From Candidatus Heimdallarchaeum aukensis (GTDB lineage Archaea > Asgardarchaeota > Heimdallarchaeia > Heimdallarchaeales > Heimdallarchaeaceae), in assembly GCA_021513695.1 (NCBI GenBank), contig CP084166.1, forward strand, positions 64,001-128,000: 64,000 bases of DNA, given 5' to 3'. Within the stretch, counting starts at the first letter, position 1, and every line of letters starts with the position of its first letter. Positions 8,914 through 18,888 of this stretch are shown here, in pieces. The translations under genes and the position numbers were made by a program. The notes under the pieces are model-generated. The model worked only from the letters and a program-made list of their open reading frames with translations. It did not search any database and was not told where the DNA came from.

Positions 8914-11900
8914 TGCACGTAAAAAATAATTTAATTTGGAAGAAAGTATTAATCCTTTCTTTATTAGCTATAATGATTAGTTCACTAGTAGTAGGAATGC
9001 CCAATGCTCCGTTTGTTAATGCAGAAACTAATTCTGCACAATCTTTGCCTGATACAATAAGTTTAGAGGAAGCTAAACAACTAATGCAACAAATAAATGA
9101 AGGCAATGGTGGGGGCAACTTTGCTTCTGTTGAGCAACAAATCATTGATCCTGATTTAGATTTAAGTAGGTTATTAGCTGATAATCCTAATGAATATCAA
9201 CAAACATATCAACCTTGGAAATCTCAAGCTGCTGTTAGAAGTATAACCATCTCTGATGATTATGAATTTATGGCAGTAGGGGGAGGATATCTCTTTGACA
9301 ACGAAGTACAAGTATATCGATGGAACCCTGATATTAATCAATATGCTAAAGTTTGGGTGAGTGGAGATTCAGTTATTAAAGGCGATGTAATAGATGTCGA
9401 TTTTGGAGATACTGATAATAATGATTTCTTAGAAATTATTGCCACATCTTCTGACGGGTATTTCTACGTCTTTGAACAAGAACATATTTTTGACCCTGTA
9501 ACAAATACAGAAAATAGATTTGATCTTGTTTACACTAGTCCTTATTTAGGTCAAGTGTGGGGTGTAGAAGTTAATGATACAGATTTAGATCATCTAGACG
9601 ATATAATTGTCGTAAGTTGGGATCACAAAGTACATGTTTATGAATATTGGTTACACTCTGGTTATCCATTCAATTCAGAACATTGGATTACATATAGAGA
9701 AAAATGGCAAAGTCATGATACAGGTTATCATTTGTCTTCTTTAGTTGTTGGAGATACAAACTATAATGGTCTTCCAGACTTTGTTGTGGGAACGAGAGAA
9801 GGAGCTATTCTAGTTTTCGAAAATAATGGAACTATTTTAGATATCCAAGGACAACCTTATCCTCTTGCCCAAGATAATAGTTACAAATTAATTTATGCTG
9901 ATAATGAGTCAATTTGGAGACCAATTTACTCTATGGATATAGGTAATCTAGATAACTCTCCAGGAGATGAAGTAGTAATAGCTTCCTTTGCTTTTAATGG
10001 ATACATTCTAAGGTATGATGATTATAAAGGATATTACTTACAGAAGCTGATAAAAGACTTTGAATCTTGGACTTTGAAAGACTTTTATCCTGCAGATCAT
10101 TATGTAGATAATGGAACAGCAGGACAAAATGTATATTTCCAAGATCCAAATTATACAGGAACAACAGTTGAAGAGCCTATTTTGCAAAGTAATCCTGCAT
10201 TTATAAAAGGAAACTATCCCTATAATACTGGAGCTGCGCAAAATAATGATACATGTTATACTCATTTCGAATCTAATAGTACTCATGCTGCATGGGAAGT
10301 ATATGATTTTGGAGCAGATGAAGAGGGAACAGGAAATGGGAATGATGCTGCAGACATATTATTAAAATTCAAAACTTTACTATTTGATTACATATATAGA
10401 GATGATTTTATTATTTCTATCTCTCCAGACTATGAACATTGGGTAACTGTTGATCCTTCTCTTATTAATACATTTAATGTTGCCGCATCAACAAAATATC
10501 TCAGAATTAATGTAGATCCAATTTTAATTGAAAATAAATGGAATTACTTCAGATACATCAATGTAACAGTAATTTCTAATTCTACCAAAGATTATAACTT
10601 GTTATCTATAGAATTGCCTTATGTTTACCAAACTGTTTCAACAGCTTTAAGTGCTGAAGTGGGAACTTTAATGACCAGTACAGATACTAATGAAGAAGTT
10701 ATCCATGCAATTTTAGGAACAGTTGATGGCCGTCTTGTAGCTTTTAAATATGATGCCACTTCAGACTCGTTTGTTTTATCTTGGGATAGCTGGGTAGATG
10801 ATAGATTTACTGTTGGAATAAACATATGGGATATAGAACAAGTTAAGAATCTAGGCTCTATGCCTATGATATACGGAGTTACTGATTTGGAAACAGGTTA
10901 TCAACTTAGGATAAGTCCCTCTCCAGGAAGCCAAATTTCACAAGTGATTTTTGATTATACATTGTTCAATATTGATGGAGATTCTCCAGTTACAGGCGAA
11001 TTTGCAATTGTGGGTGGTAATGGAGATGTGTATTACTTTGATAATGGATTTGATTATGATGCTGCACAAACAACCCAATACTTCTCTTCGATCAACGATT
11101 ATGCAACTTATACAGGAAATATATCAATAGGTGCAGTAGAAATTGATACAGACTATTCCCAAGAAGAATTACTTATCGGTCATTACGATCCAAGTCTTTC
11201 TAATCAATACGATGACTTTGAAGATGATTCTTCAGATGTACTTCCAGCAGATATAAAAATATGGACACAAGTATCTTCAAAATATGAGTTAAATATATCA
11301 CTTTATAGTTTGGAAACAACTGGTCAACTTCGTGAAATATTAAAAAGTGCTCAATCAATTCCTTCAGCAGAAGGAGAGGATATTGATGGGGACGGAGATG
11401 TTGATATTGTTGTTTGTATTGAGAATCTATATCTACTTTGGAACATAGGAACACCAAGTAATCCAGAATTTATTTTGGATTCTGATTACTTTAAAGATAT
11501 AAATGAAGTAAAAGGAAGAAGACAATTCCTACATCCTCAATTTGTGGAATTTGAAATGGATGGAATTTATGATCTATCGATTGGCTACTCAAATAGAGTG
11601 GGAGCAACATATTTTGATAATTATGGAACTGCTCTTGCTCCTAAATGGGAAGAAAGAAAAGAGTTAGTTAACAACTTTGATGAAGAAGCTACAATAAATG
11701 TCTATAACTTTACTAGACCTCTCTGGATAAAATATTCAGAATTTGATGAATATTCTACTTTGTTATTAGAACATAATACAGGAAAGAGCTACTATGACAA
11801 GTACTACATATATACAATGCTAGATGATAGAAATGGTGACATGGTTTACTTCATGATTTCAAATAAAATACAAACTAGCTTCATGGTAGCATCTAATCCT

Positions 11901-14900
11901 ACTGTATCTAGAATCGAAGTTAACACCTTCAAATCTGAAGAATATGGAGGGATCTATAAGTGGAGGAATTTTGGATTTAGGGCAATTATAAGCTGGACGA
12001 CAGCAATAGATCTCTATAATTGGACTTTGACTGTAGATTCTGGAGATTTAGACCAAGATGGGAAAGGAGAAATTATAGTAGGAGACTATGATAGTAATGT
12101 ATACATCTTTGAGCATATGACTAATAATACTTACAAACGTGCATTCAGGTCTCCTGATATGCTCCAGTATGTTCCAACTGATGAAACACCTTATAGTTGG
12201 GACAAATTTGGAGGATATGAAGGAGAGTTTAATCAGACAATTTGGAACCATGTGAGCTATTTGCTTGTGAATGCTGATAGTGATGGAGACGGTTATCTTG
12301 AGTTAGCTGCTCTTGCAGGAACAGTTCTGTATGTATTTGAAGACACGGGAATAGATGATACATACTCATACATGTATAGACTAGATGTTTTAAGGAGTTC
12401 AGCAGGAGAATACTTGAAAGAAAATGGTTTTCTTACACCTTCTGGTTTAACATGGGCTCAAGATTTAGATTTAGATGGTTATGGAGAGTTCATAATAGCC
12501 TTTGAAAAACAAGTATTTGTTTATGAACCTTATTCTGGAACACTCTATGAACTGTTTGGTAATGTTGCATCTGATGACCCTGAAACAGGACACTATAATA
12601 TTTTAGGAAATGCTAGGGTATTTGATAATATTACAATAAATGGAATGTTATGTTCTGACATTAATGAAAATGGAAGAGAAGAACTTTTCATTTATGGTTC
12701 TGTAGATGTTGATCTTCTTGATTATGAAGAAGGATTTATTGTAATGATTGAAAGCATCGATCTAGGCTATAAGATAATCTGGCAAGGACCAACAGAGTTA
12801 GTTAGTAGAAATATTATTACAGACCTTGAAATTGCTGACCAGGACTATGATGGTTTCAAAGAATTGATCATTGGTGGAAGTAAAGGTGTAAGTATTTACG
12901 AATTTGTTGGAGGAACAACTGCTAGCTTTACTCAAGAGGGACTAATTACAGGACACATGAATTATCCCCAAATGGCAGCTCATTCACTATTTGGAAAATA
13001 TAGTTACAATGATGATTATGACTATAGAAAACAGAGGTCTCATGATATAAGACAGATAGTTTACAGTGGAGGTTCAAATAATCATTCATATATTTCTGCT
13101 TTTAGTGAGTATAACGATACAATGGGTGCATATGCTATATATCAAAAAGTAAGTCATGACGGAGTAAATTGGTTATCGAGCAAACTTATAGCTTATTGGT
13201 ATTCTGGTGGTTACATAAGTTTATACTTCCCCTCACTTACACAGACAAGTAATTACTCTCTCTGGTTAGCAGTTACTTGTAAATTTTATAGCGTAGGTTT
13301 AGGTTCCGTATATGGCGTTCTTCTATATCGTTCAGATGATTATGGGGCAAATTGGGTATTCGTAGATGGATTGGCTTCAGAATATATAGAAGAAGGTTCA
13401 ACAAATCCGATATATTCACCCACAATATTCCCAACAGGACCTAATTCAATAGGTTTAGTGTATATTTTCAGACCAAATAACACTTATTCAGAATTATACT
13501 ATGGAGGGTTATTTGATAATGGAACAGTAATACCTCAAACAAAAATCGAGGGTTTTGATGATTTCATGTTCAACGGTGTTGATGTTGATTCAAAACCTGA
13601 TAATAGTGGAGTATATGCTGCTGCTTTTAGTGCTAAAAAGTATATTGAAGAAAAAGATGATTACGATATCTGGTACTGTGAATTTAATTCAACCTATGGA
13701 TTAATACTTGAACCAAGAAGACTATTTACTTCATTCTCTGTTGAGCATACTCCTAGTATTACTTATGTCCACAATGATGCCTATTCTAGACTTCTAACAT
13801 TTGATTCTTCTGGATTACAAAAGGCGATGACTTTATCATATGGAATGGTTTCTGATGATGGAATACATTGGTCTGACCCAGATATACTTGCTGAATATCC
13901 AGAGTATATTATTCCTCCAACTAAGTCAAACCCCTATCCAAAGATATCTGGTTTCTCTAACAGTTGGAGTATATATGATCTAGGTTTCAGAGCTCCAAAA
14001 GTTGCTCCAACCTACGATGGTAAATTCATATTACTTACAAAATTTGATGCAACTATTGTCTACTTCTCATTCCCAATCTTCTATATATATTATTATAATG
14101 ACTACGTAAGCCAAATTTATCCATTGAACTTTACAAGTTTTGTAGGGTTAAACACTGTAACAGATCTTGCTGTTGGAGACTCGGATAGAGATGGTAGAAA
14201 AGAGATAATGATAGCTGATGGATATCGAGCAGAAATGTTTGAGTTACTTAACACAAAAAATAGGAAGCAACTTTATACAAGCAAATGGTATAGTCCTGAG
14301 CATGATAATCCTGTTTCCGATGTAACTATGTTTGACACAAATGGTAACGGTTTTCCTGAACTAATTTACAGCGTTCAAGGCGAAGACATTTATGTATATG
14401 ATGTTGTAAATATTCATTTACCAAAGGCAGATTTACATAAATTACAATCAACTACTTTAGACTTATCTGGTGCTGGAAAGGTTATAACTAGAATTAAATC
14501 AGATCTAAATGATGACGGAATAAATGACATGGTGGTTTATTGCGAAGGAGGAAAAATGTATGGAATCTTAGGTAATAACCTGTCAATTTTATGGACTTTG
14601 GAAGATTCATTAGTTTCTCCAAATTGGTTCCTCGAAGAATCAATTTATCATGGTAATAGTGCTCTAATTTTTGTAAATAGTAATGGAACAACTTTGTGGA
14701 TAGACAAGAAAACAGGACAAGTTATAACCTCTCTTGATTTAGGTGAAGGAAGTTATACCTTAAATCCAATAGCAACAATGCTTAACTATACAAAGGATAA
14801 CACCATGGACATTGCCATTAAAGGTGATGCTCCTGGACATATTTATCTCTTTGACGGGAATAATGGTTCGCTTCTAAAGGATCTCACTTTCGACACTGAA

Positions 14901-16922
14901 AGATATGTGCAAGAAATTGAAGTAGCACATGAGCAAGGAGAGGATTATCTCATAGTTTCTTATTATTGGATAGAATATAAAGACCTAGGTGGCGGTATTA
15001 TTGTATGGATATTCCATGGAAAGATTACTGCTTACAACTTATCTTCGTCCTCACTAGATCAAATATGGGAAGTTAACTCTTACTATGCTGGAGGATTTAG
15101 AGGGGCAAATTTAATAGTAGATGATATTAATGGAGATGGAGATTCAGAAATATATGCATTTGGTGGTGGAATAAAATTACTTGATGCTAATGGTACTGAA
15201 TATTGGCGGGCTTACAACTATTTCTACTCTTATGATGCTGTTATATTTGATATAAATGATGATGGAATTAAAGATATAATTACTTCTTCAGGACAGAATA
15301 GTAAAGTTACAGCTCTTGATGGAAAAGATGGAAATGTTACTTGGAGTAATATACCCACCCAGAATATCTATGACTTAGAGATTAGTGACCCAGAAGGAGA
15401 AGATCCAATCCTTTATCTAGCTAACTCTAGAACAGATTATCAAGGAATAATTTTCTTAAACATTAGGAATGGTGGGTTCTTAGGTTACTATTACGACACA
15501 AGTAGTGATTTTCTAAATGATAACGCATTGGTACCAACCACTGTGGATTCAAAACCTGCAGTCTTAGCAGTTGATTATGACGCAGAGAAAATTTATCAAG
15601 TTCAAATAAATGAAACAGAACAAGTTTATGAGCATGATATTATACCTAAACTCTCCTTTGATCAAATACTTAAAACTGGAAAGAATGTTAACCCCGATAC
15701 TGTTATTTATGACAATCTAAACGACGATGAGTATGTAGAAATTTTCTATATACAAAATGGAAATGAGTCATTCATCTATAATCCAATCAAAGGTGAGTAT
15801 ATTGAAGAATATACTATCCCTACAAATGGGAGTGTTCTTTATGCTTTCAAAGCTAATTTATCTGACACTTCATTCTATGATTCTATTTTTATAATTACCT
15901 CTGAATACAAGGTAGGTGTTTTAGATCTCACTTCAATGAGTTATAAAAAGATATTGGACTTATCAGGTTATGTAGATGAAATTGCTTCATATGCTTACTT
16001 GGATATTACTGAAGATGTATTTATTTTAGGTTTCTTTGACTATACAAAGAAAGCATGGTACGTAGGCGCATGGAATATTAAAGGAGAAGAGGTATTCTCA
16101 CCTATTTACCAAGGTTCTCATAAACCAGATCAAATAAATGCAGGTAAATTACTTGATAAAGCCACGTATGAAGAAGGAGCAGCTTTTGTAATAACAAGCT
16201 TTGGTGCATACATATATGCTTATGATCTTAAGGGAACACAACTAGCTATGATTAAACAAGATGGACCTGCAGGTTTCACAGCTTTAGGAGAACTGAAAAA
16301 AGGATTAGGTTTTGAGTTTGTTTACTATAGGTTTGGAGATAAATTCTACTGTTATAACCTTAATACCATGACTGATGAATGGTCATCTACTTTAAGAAAT
16401 GACAATGAACTATTATCTATTGCTGTAGGATATATTGATAGCTCTACTAATCCTGATTATGCTAAAGTATTTGTTTCGCAGAGCGGTACAGGAATTTATG
16501 CATTTGATGATGTAGATAAAGAGTTATGGTATCACAGACATAATTCTTTTGTTGCTAAATTCCTTCATGTGATCAATGATGAAGCTTTAGGCAAGGTTCT
16601 TCAAGTTACAGATTATCATAGAACATTCTACATCAATGGAACAACTGCTGAAGTTTTATATGCTACAAGTACCTTGATGAAACAAGTTCTTTGGGTAGGA
16701 ACATGGTCTTCTCCAGACTCTGCATATGACTCAATAGCATTCTTTGATGGAAACTCATTCTATAGTCGAGGAATAGATGTTTCTTCTTCAGGAGCTTCAA
16801 CAGTGCAAGATCATATGGAAATCTCTGCAGAAAGGTTAACAAGACTTAGTACTCCAATAATTATAATGATGAGTGTAATGGTAACCATAATCACTCTTGT
16901 CTTCAGAAAAAATAAAAGTTAA
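8913..16922 (+). CDS. Giant (2669 aa) integrin-alpha-like surface protein. It has multiple FG-GAP/VCBS-type beta-propeller blades, BNR/Asp-box motifs, PQQ-like blades and a C-terminal TM anchor.
   Basis: N-terminal signal: LILSLLAIMISSLVVG. Repeated blade motifs at about 60-aa spacing include FGDTDNNDFLEIIA, DTDLDHLDDIIVVS, GDTNYNGLPDFVVGT, DIDGDGDVDIVVC, DLDQDGKGEIIVGDYD, DSDGDGYLELAAL, DLDLDGYGEFIIA, DINENGREELFIYG, DQDYDGFKELIIGG, DSDRDGRKEIMIADG, DTNGNGFPELIYS, DLNDDGINDMVVY, DINGDGDSEIYAFGG and DINDDGIKDIITS. BNR-like motifs are RSDDYGANW and VSDDGIHWSDP. The C-terminus is TPIIIMMSVMVTIITLVFRKNKS. Its start overlaps the upstream stop as TAATG, and it is preceded by a GGAGGTG Shine-Dalgarno-like sequence. 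Confidence 0.8.
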   Translation: MHVKNNLIWKKVLILSLLAIMISSLVVGMPNAPFVNAETNSAQSLPDTISLEEAKQLMQQINEGNGGGNFASVEQQIIDPDLDLSRLLADNPNEYQQTYQPWKSQAAVRSITISDDYEFMAVGGGYLFDNEVQVYRWNPDINQYAKVWVSGDSVIKGDVIDVDFGDTDNNDFLEIIATSSDGYFYVFEQEHIFDPVTNTENRFDLVYTSPYLGQVWGVEVNDTDLDHLDDIIVVSWDHKVHVYEYWLHSGYPFNSEHWITYREKWQSHDTGYHLSSLVVGDTNYNGLPDFVVGTREGAILVFENNGTILDIQGQPYPLAQDNSYKLIYADNESIWRPIYSMDIGNLDNSPGDEVVIASFAFNGYILRYDDYKGYYLQKLIKDFESWTLKDFYPADHYVDNGTAGQNVYFQDPNYTGTTVEEPILQSNPAFIKGNYPYNTGAAQNNDTCYTHFESNSTHAAWEVYDFGADEEGTGNGNDAADILLKFKTLLFDYIYRDDFIISISPDYEHWVTVDPSLINTFNVAASTKYLRINVDPILIENKWNYFRYINVTVISNSTKDYNLLSIELPYVYQTVSTALSAEVGTLMTSTDTNEEVIHAILGTVDGRLVAFKYDATSDSFVLSWDSWVDDRFTVGINIWDIEQVKNLGSMPMIYGVTDLETGYQLRISPSPGSQISQVIFDYTLFNIDGDSPVTGEFAIVGGNGDVYYFDNGFDYDAAQTTQYFSSINDYATYTGNISIGAVEIDTDYSQEELLIGHYDPSLSNQYDDFEDDSSDVLPADIKIWTQVSSKYELNISLYSLETTGQLREILKSAQSIPSAEGEDIDGDGDVDIVVCIENLYLLWNIGTPSNPEFILDSDYFKDINEVKGRRQFLHPQFVEFEMDGIYDLSIGYSNRVGATYFDNYGTALAPKWEERKELVNNFDEEATINVYNFTRPLWIKYSEFDEYSTLLLEHNTGKSYYDKYYIYTMLDDRNGDMVYFMISNKIQTSFMVASNPTVSRIEVNTFKSEEYGGIYKWRNFGFRAIISWTTAIDLYNWTLTVDSGDLDQDGKGEIIVGDYDSNVYIFEHMTNNTYKRAFRSPDMLQYVPTDETPYSWDKFGGYEGEFNQTIWNHVSYLLVNADSDGDGYLELAALAGTVLYVFEDTGIDDTYSYMYRLDVLRSSAGEYLKENGFLTPSGLTWAQDLDLDGYGEFIIAFEKQVFVYEPYSGTLYELFGNVASDDPETGHYNILGNARVFDNITINGMLCSDINENGREELFIYGSVDVDLLDYEEGFIVMIESIDLGYKIIWQGPTELVSRNIITDLEIADQDYDGFKELIIGGSKGVSIYEFVGGTTASFTQEGLITGHMNYPQMAAHSLFGKYSYNDDYDYRKQRSHDIRQIVYSGGSNNHSYISAFSEYNDTMGAYAIYQKVSHDGVNWLSSKLIAYWYSGGYISLYFPSLTQTSNYSLWLAVTCKFYSVGLGSVYGVLLYRSDDYGANWVFVDGLASEYIEEGSTNPIYSPTIFPTGPNSIGLVYIFRPNNTYSELYYGGLFDNGTVIPQTKIEGFDDFMFNGVDVDSKPDNSGVYAAAFSAKKYIEEKDDYDIWYCEFNSTYGLILEPRRLFTSFSVEHTPSITYVHNDAYSRLLTFDSSGLQKAMTLSYGMVSDDGIHWSDPDILAEYPEYIIPPTKSNPYPKISGFSNSWSIYDLGFRAPKVAPTYDGKFILLTKFDATIVYFSFPIFYIYYYNDYVSQIYPLNFTSFVGLNTVTDLAVGDSDRDGRKEIMIADGYRAEMFELLNTKNRKQLYTSKWYSPEHDNPVSDVTMFDTNGNGFPELIYSVQGEDIYVYDVVNIHLPKADLHKLQSTTLDLSGAGKVITRIKSDLNDDGINDMVVYCEGGKMYGILGNNLSILWTLEDSLVSPNWFLEESIYHGNSALIFVNSNGTTLWIDKKTGQVITSLDLGEGSYTLNPIATMLNYTKDNTMDIAIKGDAPGHIYLFDGNNGSLLKDLTFDTERYVQEIEVAHEQGEDYLIVSYYWIEYKDLGGGIIVWIFHGKITAYNLSSSSLDQIWEVNSYYAGGFRGANLIVDDINGDGDSEIYAFGGGIKLLDANGTEYWRAYNYFYSYDAVIFDINDDGIKDIITSSGQNSKVTALDGKDGNVTWSNIPTQNIYDLEISDPEGEDPILYLANSRTDYQGIIFLNIRNGGFLGYYYDTSSDFLNDNALVPTTVDSKPAVLAVDYDAEKIYQVQINETEQVYEHDIIPKLSFDQILKTGKNVNPDTVIYDNLNDDEYVEIFYIQNGNESFIYNPIKGEYIEEYTIPTNGSVLYAFKANLSDTSFYDSIFIITSEYKVGVLDLTSMSYKKILDLSGYVDEIASYAYLDITEDVFILGFFDYTKKAWYVGAWNIKGEEVFSPIYQGSHKPDQINAGKLLDKATYEEGAAFVITSFGAYIYAYDLKGTQLAMIKQDGPAGFTALGELKKGLGFEFVYYRFGDKFYCYNLNTMTDEWSSTLRNDNELLSIAVGYIDSSTNPDYAKVFVSQSGTGIYAFDDVDKELWYHRHNSFVAKFLHVINDEALGKVLQVTDYHRTFYINGTTAEVLYATSTLMKQVLWVGTWSSPDSAYDSIAFFDGNSFYSRGIDVSSSGASTVQDHMEISAERLTRLSTPIIIMMSVMVTIITLVFRKNKS

Positions 16923-16978
16923 ACATTTTTTTCCTTTTTTTATTTTTTAAAATAGTAAATTTAAAATTTTATAAATTC

Positions 16979-17028
16979 AATTTTCTTCATTTTTGTCGGC
17001 TAATTATTCATTTTCTTCATTTTTGCGG
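16979..17028 (+). promoter_or_regulatory. Two copies of the direct repeat ATTTTCTTCATTTTTG(T)CGG, spaced 30 bp apart, upstream of the GTPase gene.
   Basis: 16981-16999 is ttttcttcatttttgtcgg and 17011-17028 is ttttcttcatttttgcgg. A TTATAAAA TATA-like element sits at about 17046-17056. Confidence 0.3.
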
Positions 17029-17113
17029 ATAGAATTACCAATTATCTTATAAAAAGCCATGCGACAGTTAGAATGATAGACCACTAAAAGGTCATAAACT
17101 TGGGGGTTTAAGA

Positions 17114-17791
17114 ATGTTGATGGTACCTACTCAGATGAAAAAAATAACCATACTAGGGACAACTGGTAGTGGAAAGACCACCTTTTTAGAAGCTTTATTT
17201 GGTGATTTTGAAAAAAATGATGTTAAAAGAGATTTGAGTAAAGAAAAAAGTTCAAATTGTGATTTTATTCCTTTGAAAAATAATACATTCAAAGAAAGTA
17301 CAACAACAATAAGTTTGAATGTCATTAATTCATTGCTTTATTTGACTACATTTAATCGATTAGGTTTAGAAAAGTTCGAAAATAGAGACAATATTGACTT
17401 TGAAAATGTTGAAGAGATTTATCAAATAGTTTTCAATGATCCTGCAGGACAAGAAAGATTTGATTTCATGCAAGAGATAGCAGTAAGAGGAGCAAACCTA
17501 GTAATTATAATGGCTGATGGCACAAATATCTCGAGTTTAGAAAAAGTAGTTCATTATATTTCGTTGGTAAAAATTGAAGAAAATCTATCTAAAAAGAAAA
17601 TACCGACTATTATTTTCATCAACAAATCTGATTTAAAGGAAAAGGGTGTTTATTTAGGAAAAAATGTAGCTGAGCAGATTATTTATTCAAGCATTCTTGA
17701 TGAGAAATTACTTATTTATGAAACTTCTAACCTTAAGAGAGAAACATATGATGAACCTTTGAGGATTATTTTTAACTATCTTTCATACTAA
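17114..17791 (+). CDS. Ras-superfamily small GTPase (Rab/Ras-like G motifs) with an unusually long insertion between the P-loop and switch II.
   Basis: G1 is GTTGSGKTT, G3 is DPAGQERF (compare Rab WDTAGQERF) and G4 is NKSD. About 87 residues separate G1 from G3, against about 40 in canonical Ras/Rab. An alternative start at 17135 (MKKITILG) is possible. Confidence 0.75.
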   Translation: MLMVPTQMKKITILGTTGSGKTTFLEALFGDFEKNDVKRDLSKEKSSNCDFIPLKNNTFKESTTTISLNVINSLLYLTTFNRLGLEKFENRDNIDFENVEEIYQIVFNDPAGQERFDFMQEIAVRGANLVIIMADGTNISSLEKVVHYISLVKIEENLSKKKIPTIIFINKSDLKEKGVYLGKNVAEQIIYSSILDEKLLIYETSNLKRETYDEPLRIIFNYLSY

Positions 17792-17843
17792 ATATTTTTT
17801 GTTGATGAAAAAACCTTTTATTTTATAAATCTATTTCTAAGTT

Positions 17844-18818
17844 ATGAGCGTAAAAATAACCTCAGAATATATAGAGCTGCTGAATAAAGCAGTTGCAAGA
17901 GAATTACAAGTTTCTGTTCAATATTTTCTACAACACGCTAAAATTGAAAAAATAATGAGAAAAGTTAAAGCTGAAAATATTTTACTTGATTCCACAACTT
18001 ACGACCAGATAGGTCAGATTTTAAAGAAACTAGCAATAGAAGAAATGAAACATGCAGGATCAATCGTTGAGAGAATTTATTATTTGGGAGGCAAGGCAAC
18101 AACTAAAGCTTTTAAACCTAAAATAGGAGAAAATATGCAAGAATTTATGAAATATGGCTTTGAAGCTGAAGAAGAAGCTTTAGAATTATATCGTGAAATA
18201 ATCCGCGAGGCAGGTAAATTAGGAGATTATGATACTAAAGAACTCTTTAGGAAAATCTATAGAGAGGAAGAAGAACATCTTTATACGTTTCAAGAATATT
18301 TAACAATTAATATTAGTGAACCTGGAGAGACAGCACCAAAGTCCGAATGGAGAAAAGTTTTTGACGACGAATACTTTGCTCTATTAAACAAAGCCTTAGC
18401 TTCAGAACTGTCTGCTATTATTCAGTACATAACCCAACATGAAAAAGCGAGTGCAATCAATCTTAGGAAAAAAGAAACGCCTTTAGAAGTAATTACCAAT
18501 ACAAACAAAGCGCAAGTTATTAGTAACATGTTAAAGAAAATCTTTATGCAAGAAATGGAACATTACGAAAAGATTTCTGAAAGAATATACATGTTGGATG
18601 GAGAATGTACATTGGATCCTGATCCTTTGCCAAAAGTTGGTGAGAGCGTAGAAGATTTCTTGAAACTGGGTCATCAAGCTGAAGATGAAGCTATTGTTCT
18701 TTATCGTAAAATCATAGAAGAAGCTACTAAGAAGGGAGATATAACTACTAAGAAGATGTTTGAAGAAATATTGATGGAAGAAGAAGAACATTACTGGATG
18801 TTTGATGACTACTTGTAA
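17844..18818 (+). CDS. Tandem-duplicated bacterioferritin/ferritin-like diiron protein (two Bfr-like four-helix-bundle halves in one chain).
   Basis: Half 1 reads ELQVSVQYFLQHA...EEMKHAGSIVERIYYLGG. Half 2 reads ELSAIIQYITQHEKA...QEMEHYEKISERIYMLDG. Both match the Bfr motif ExxH ... EMKHAD.LIERIL.LEG. Confidence 0.7.
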   Translation: MSVKITSEYIELLNKAVARELQVSVQYFLQHAKIEKIMRKVKAENILLDSTTYDQIGQILKKLAIEEMKHAGSIVERIYYLGGKATTKAFKPKIGENMQEFMKYGFEAEEEALELYREIIREAGKLGDYDTKELFRKIYREEEEHLYTFQEYLTINISEPGETAPKSEWRKVFDDEYFALLNKALASELSAIIQYITQHEKASAINLRKKETPLEVITNTNKAQVISNMLKKIFMQEMEHYEKISERIYMLDGECTLDPDPLPKVGESVEDFLKLGHQAEDEAIVLYRKIIEEATKKGDITTKKMFEEILMEEEEHYWMFDDYL

Positions 18819-18888
18819 TCTAAAACTAAAATATTTTTTCTCTTTTTTGGAAAAGGATTATAAGCTGTAAGGTTGAAGTAATTTAAGA

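Noticed and set aside
3276-16000. Numerous 60-100-aa minus-strand ORFs nested inside the giant genes (e.g. 3276..3551, 4578..4820, 5430..5705, 10038..10286, 11200..11457).
   Set aside because: They are antisense to long, well-supported coding frames and have low-complexity translations with no motifs. Such shadow ORFs are expected by chance in AT-rich DNA.
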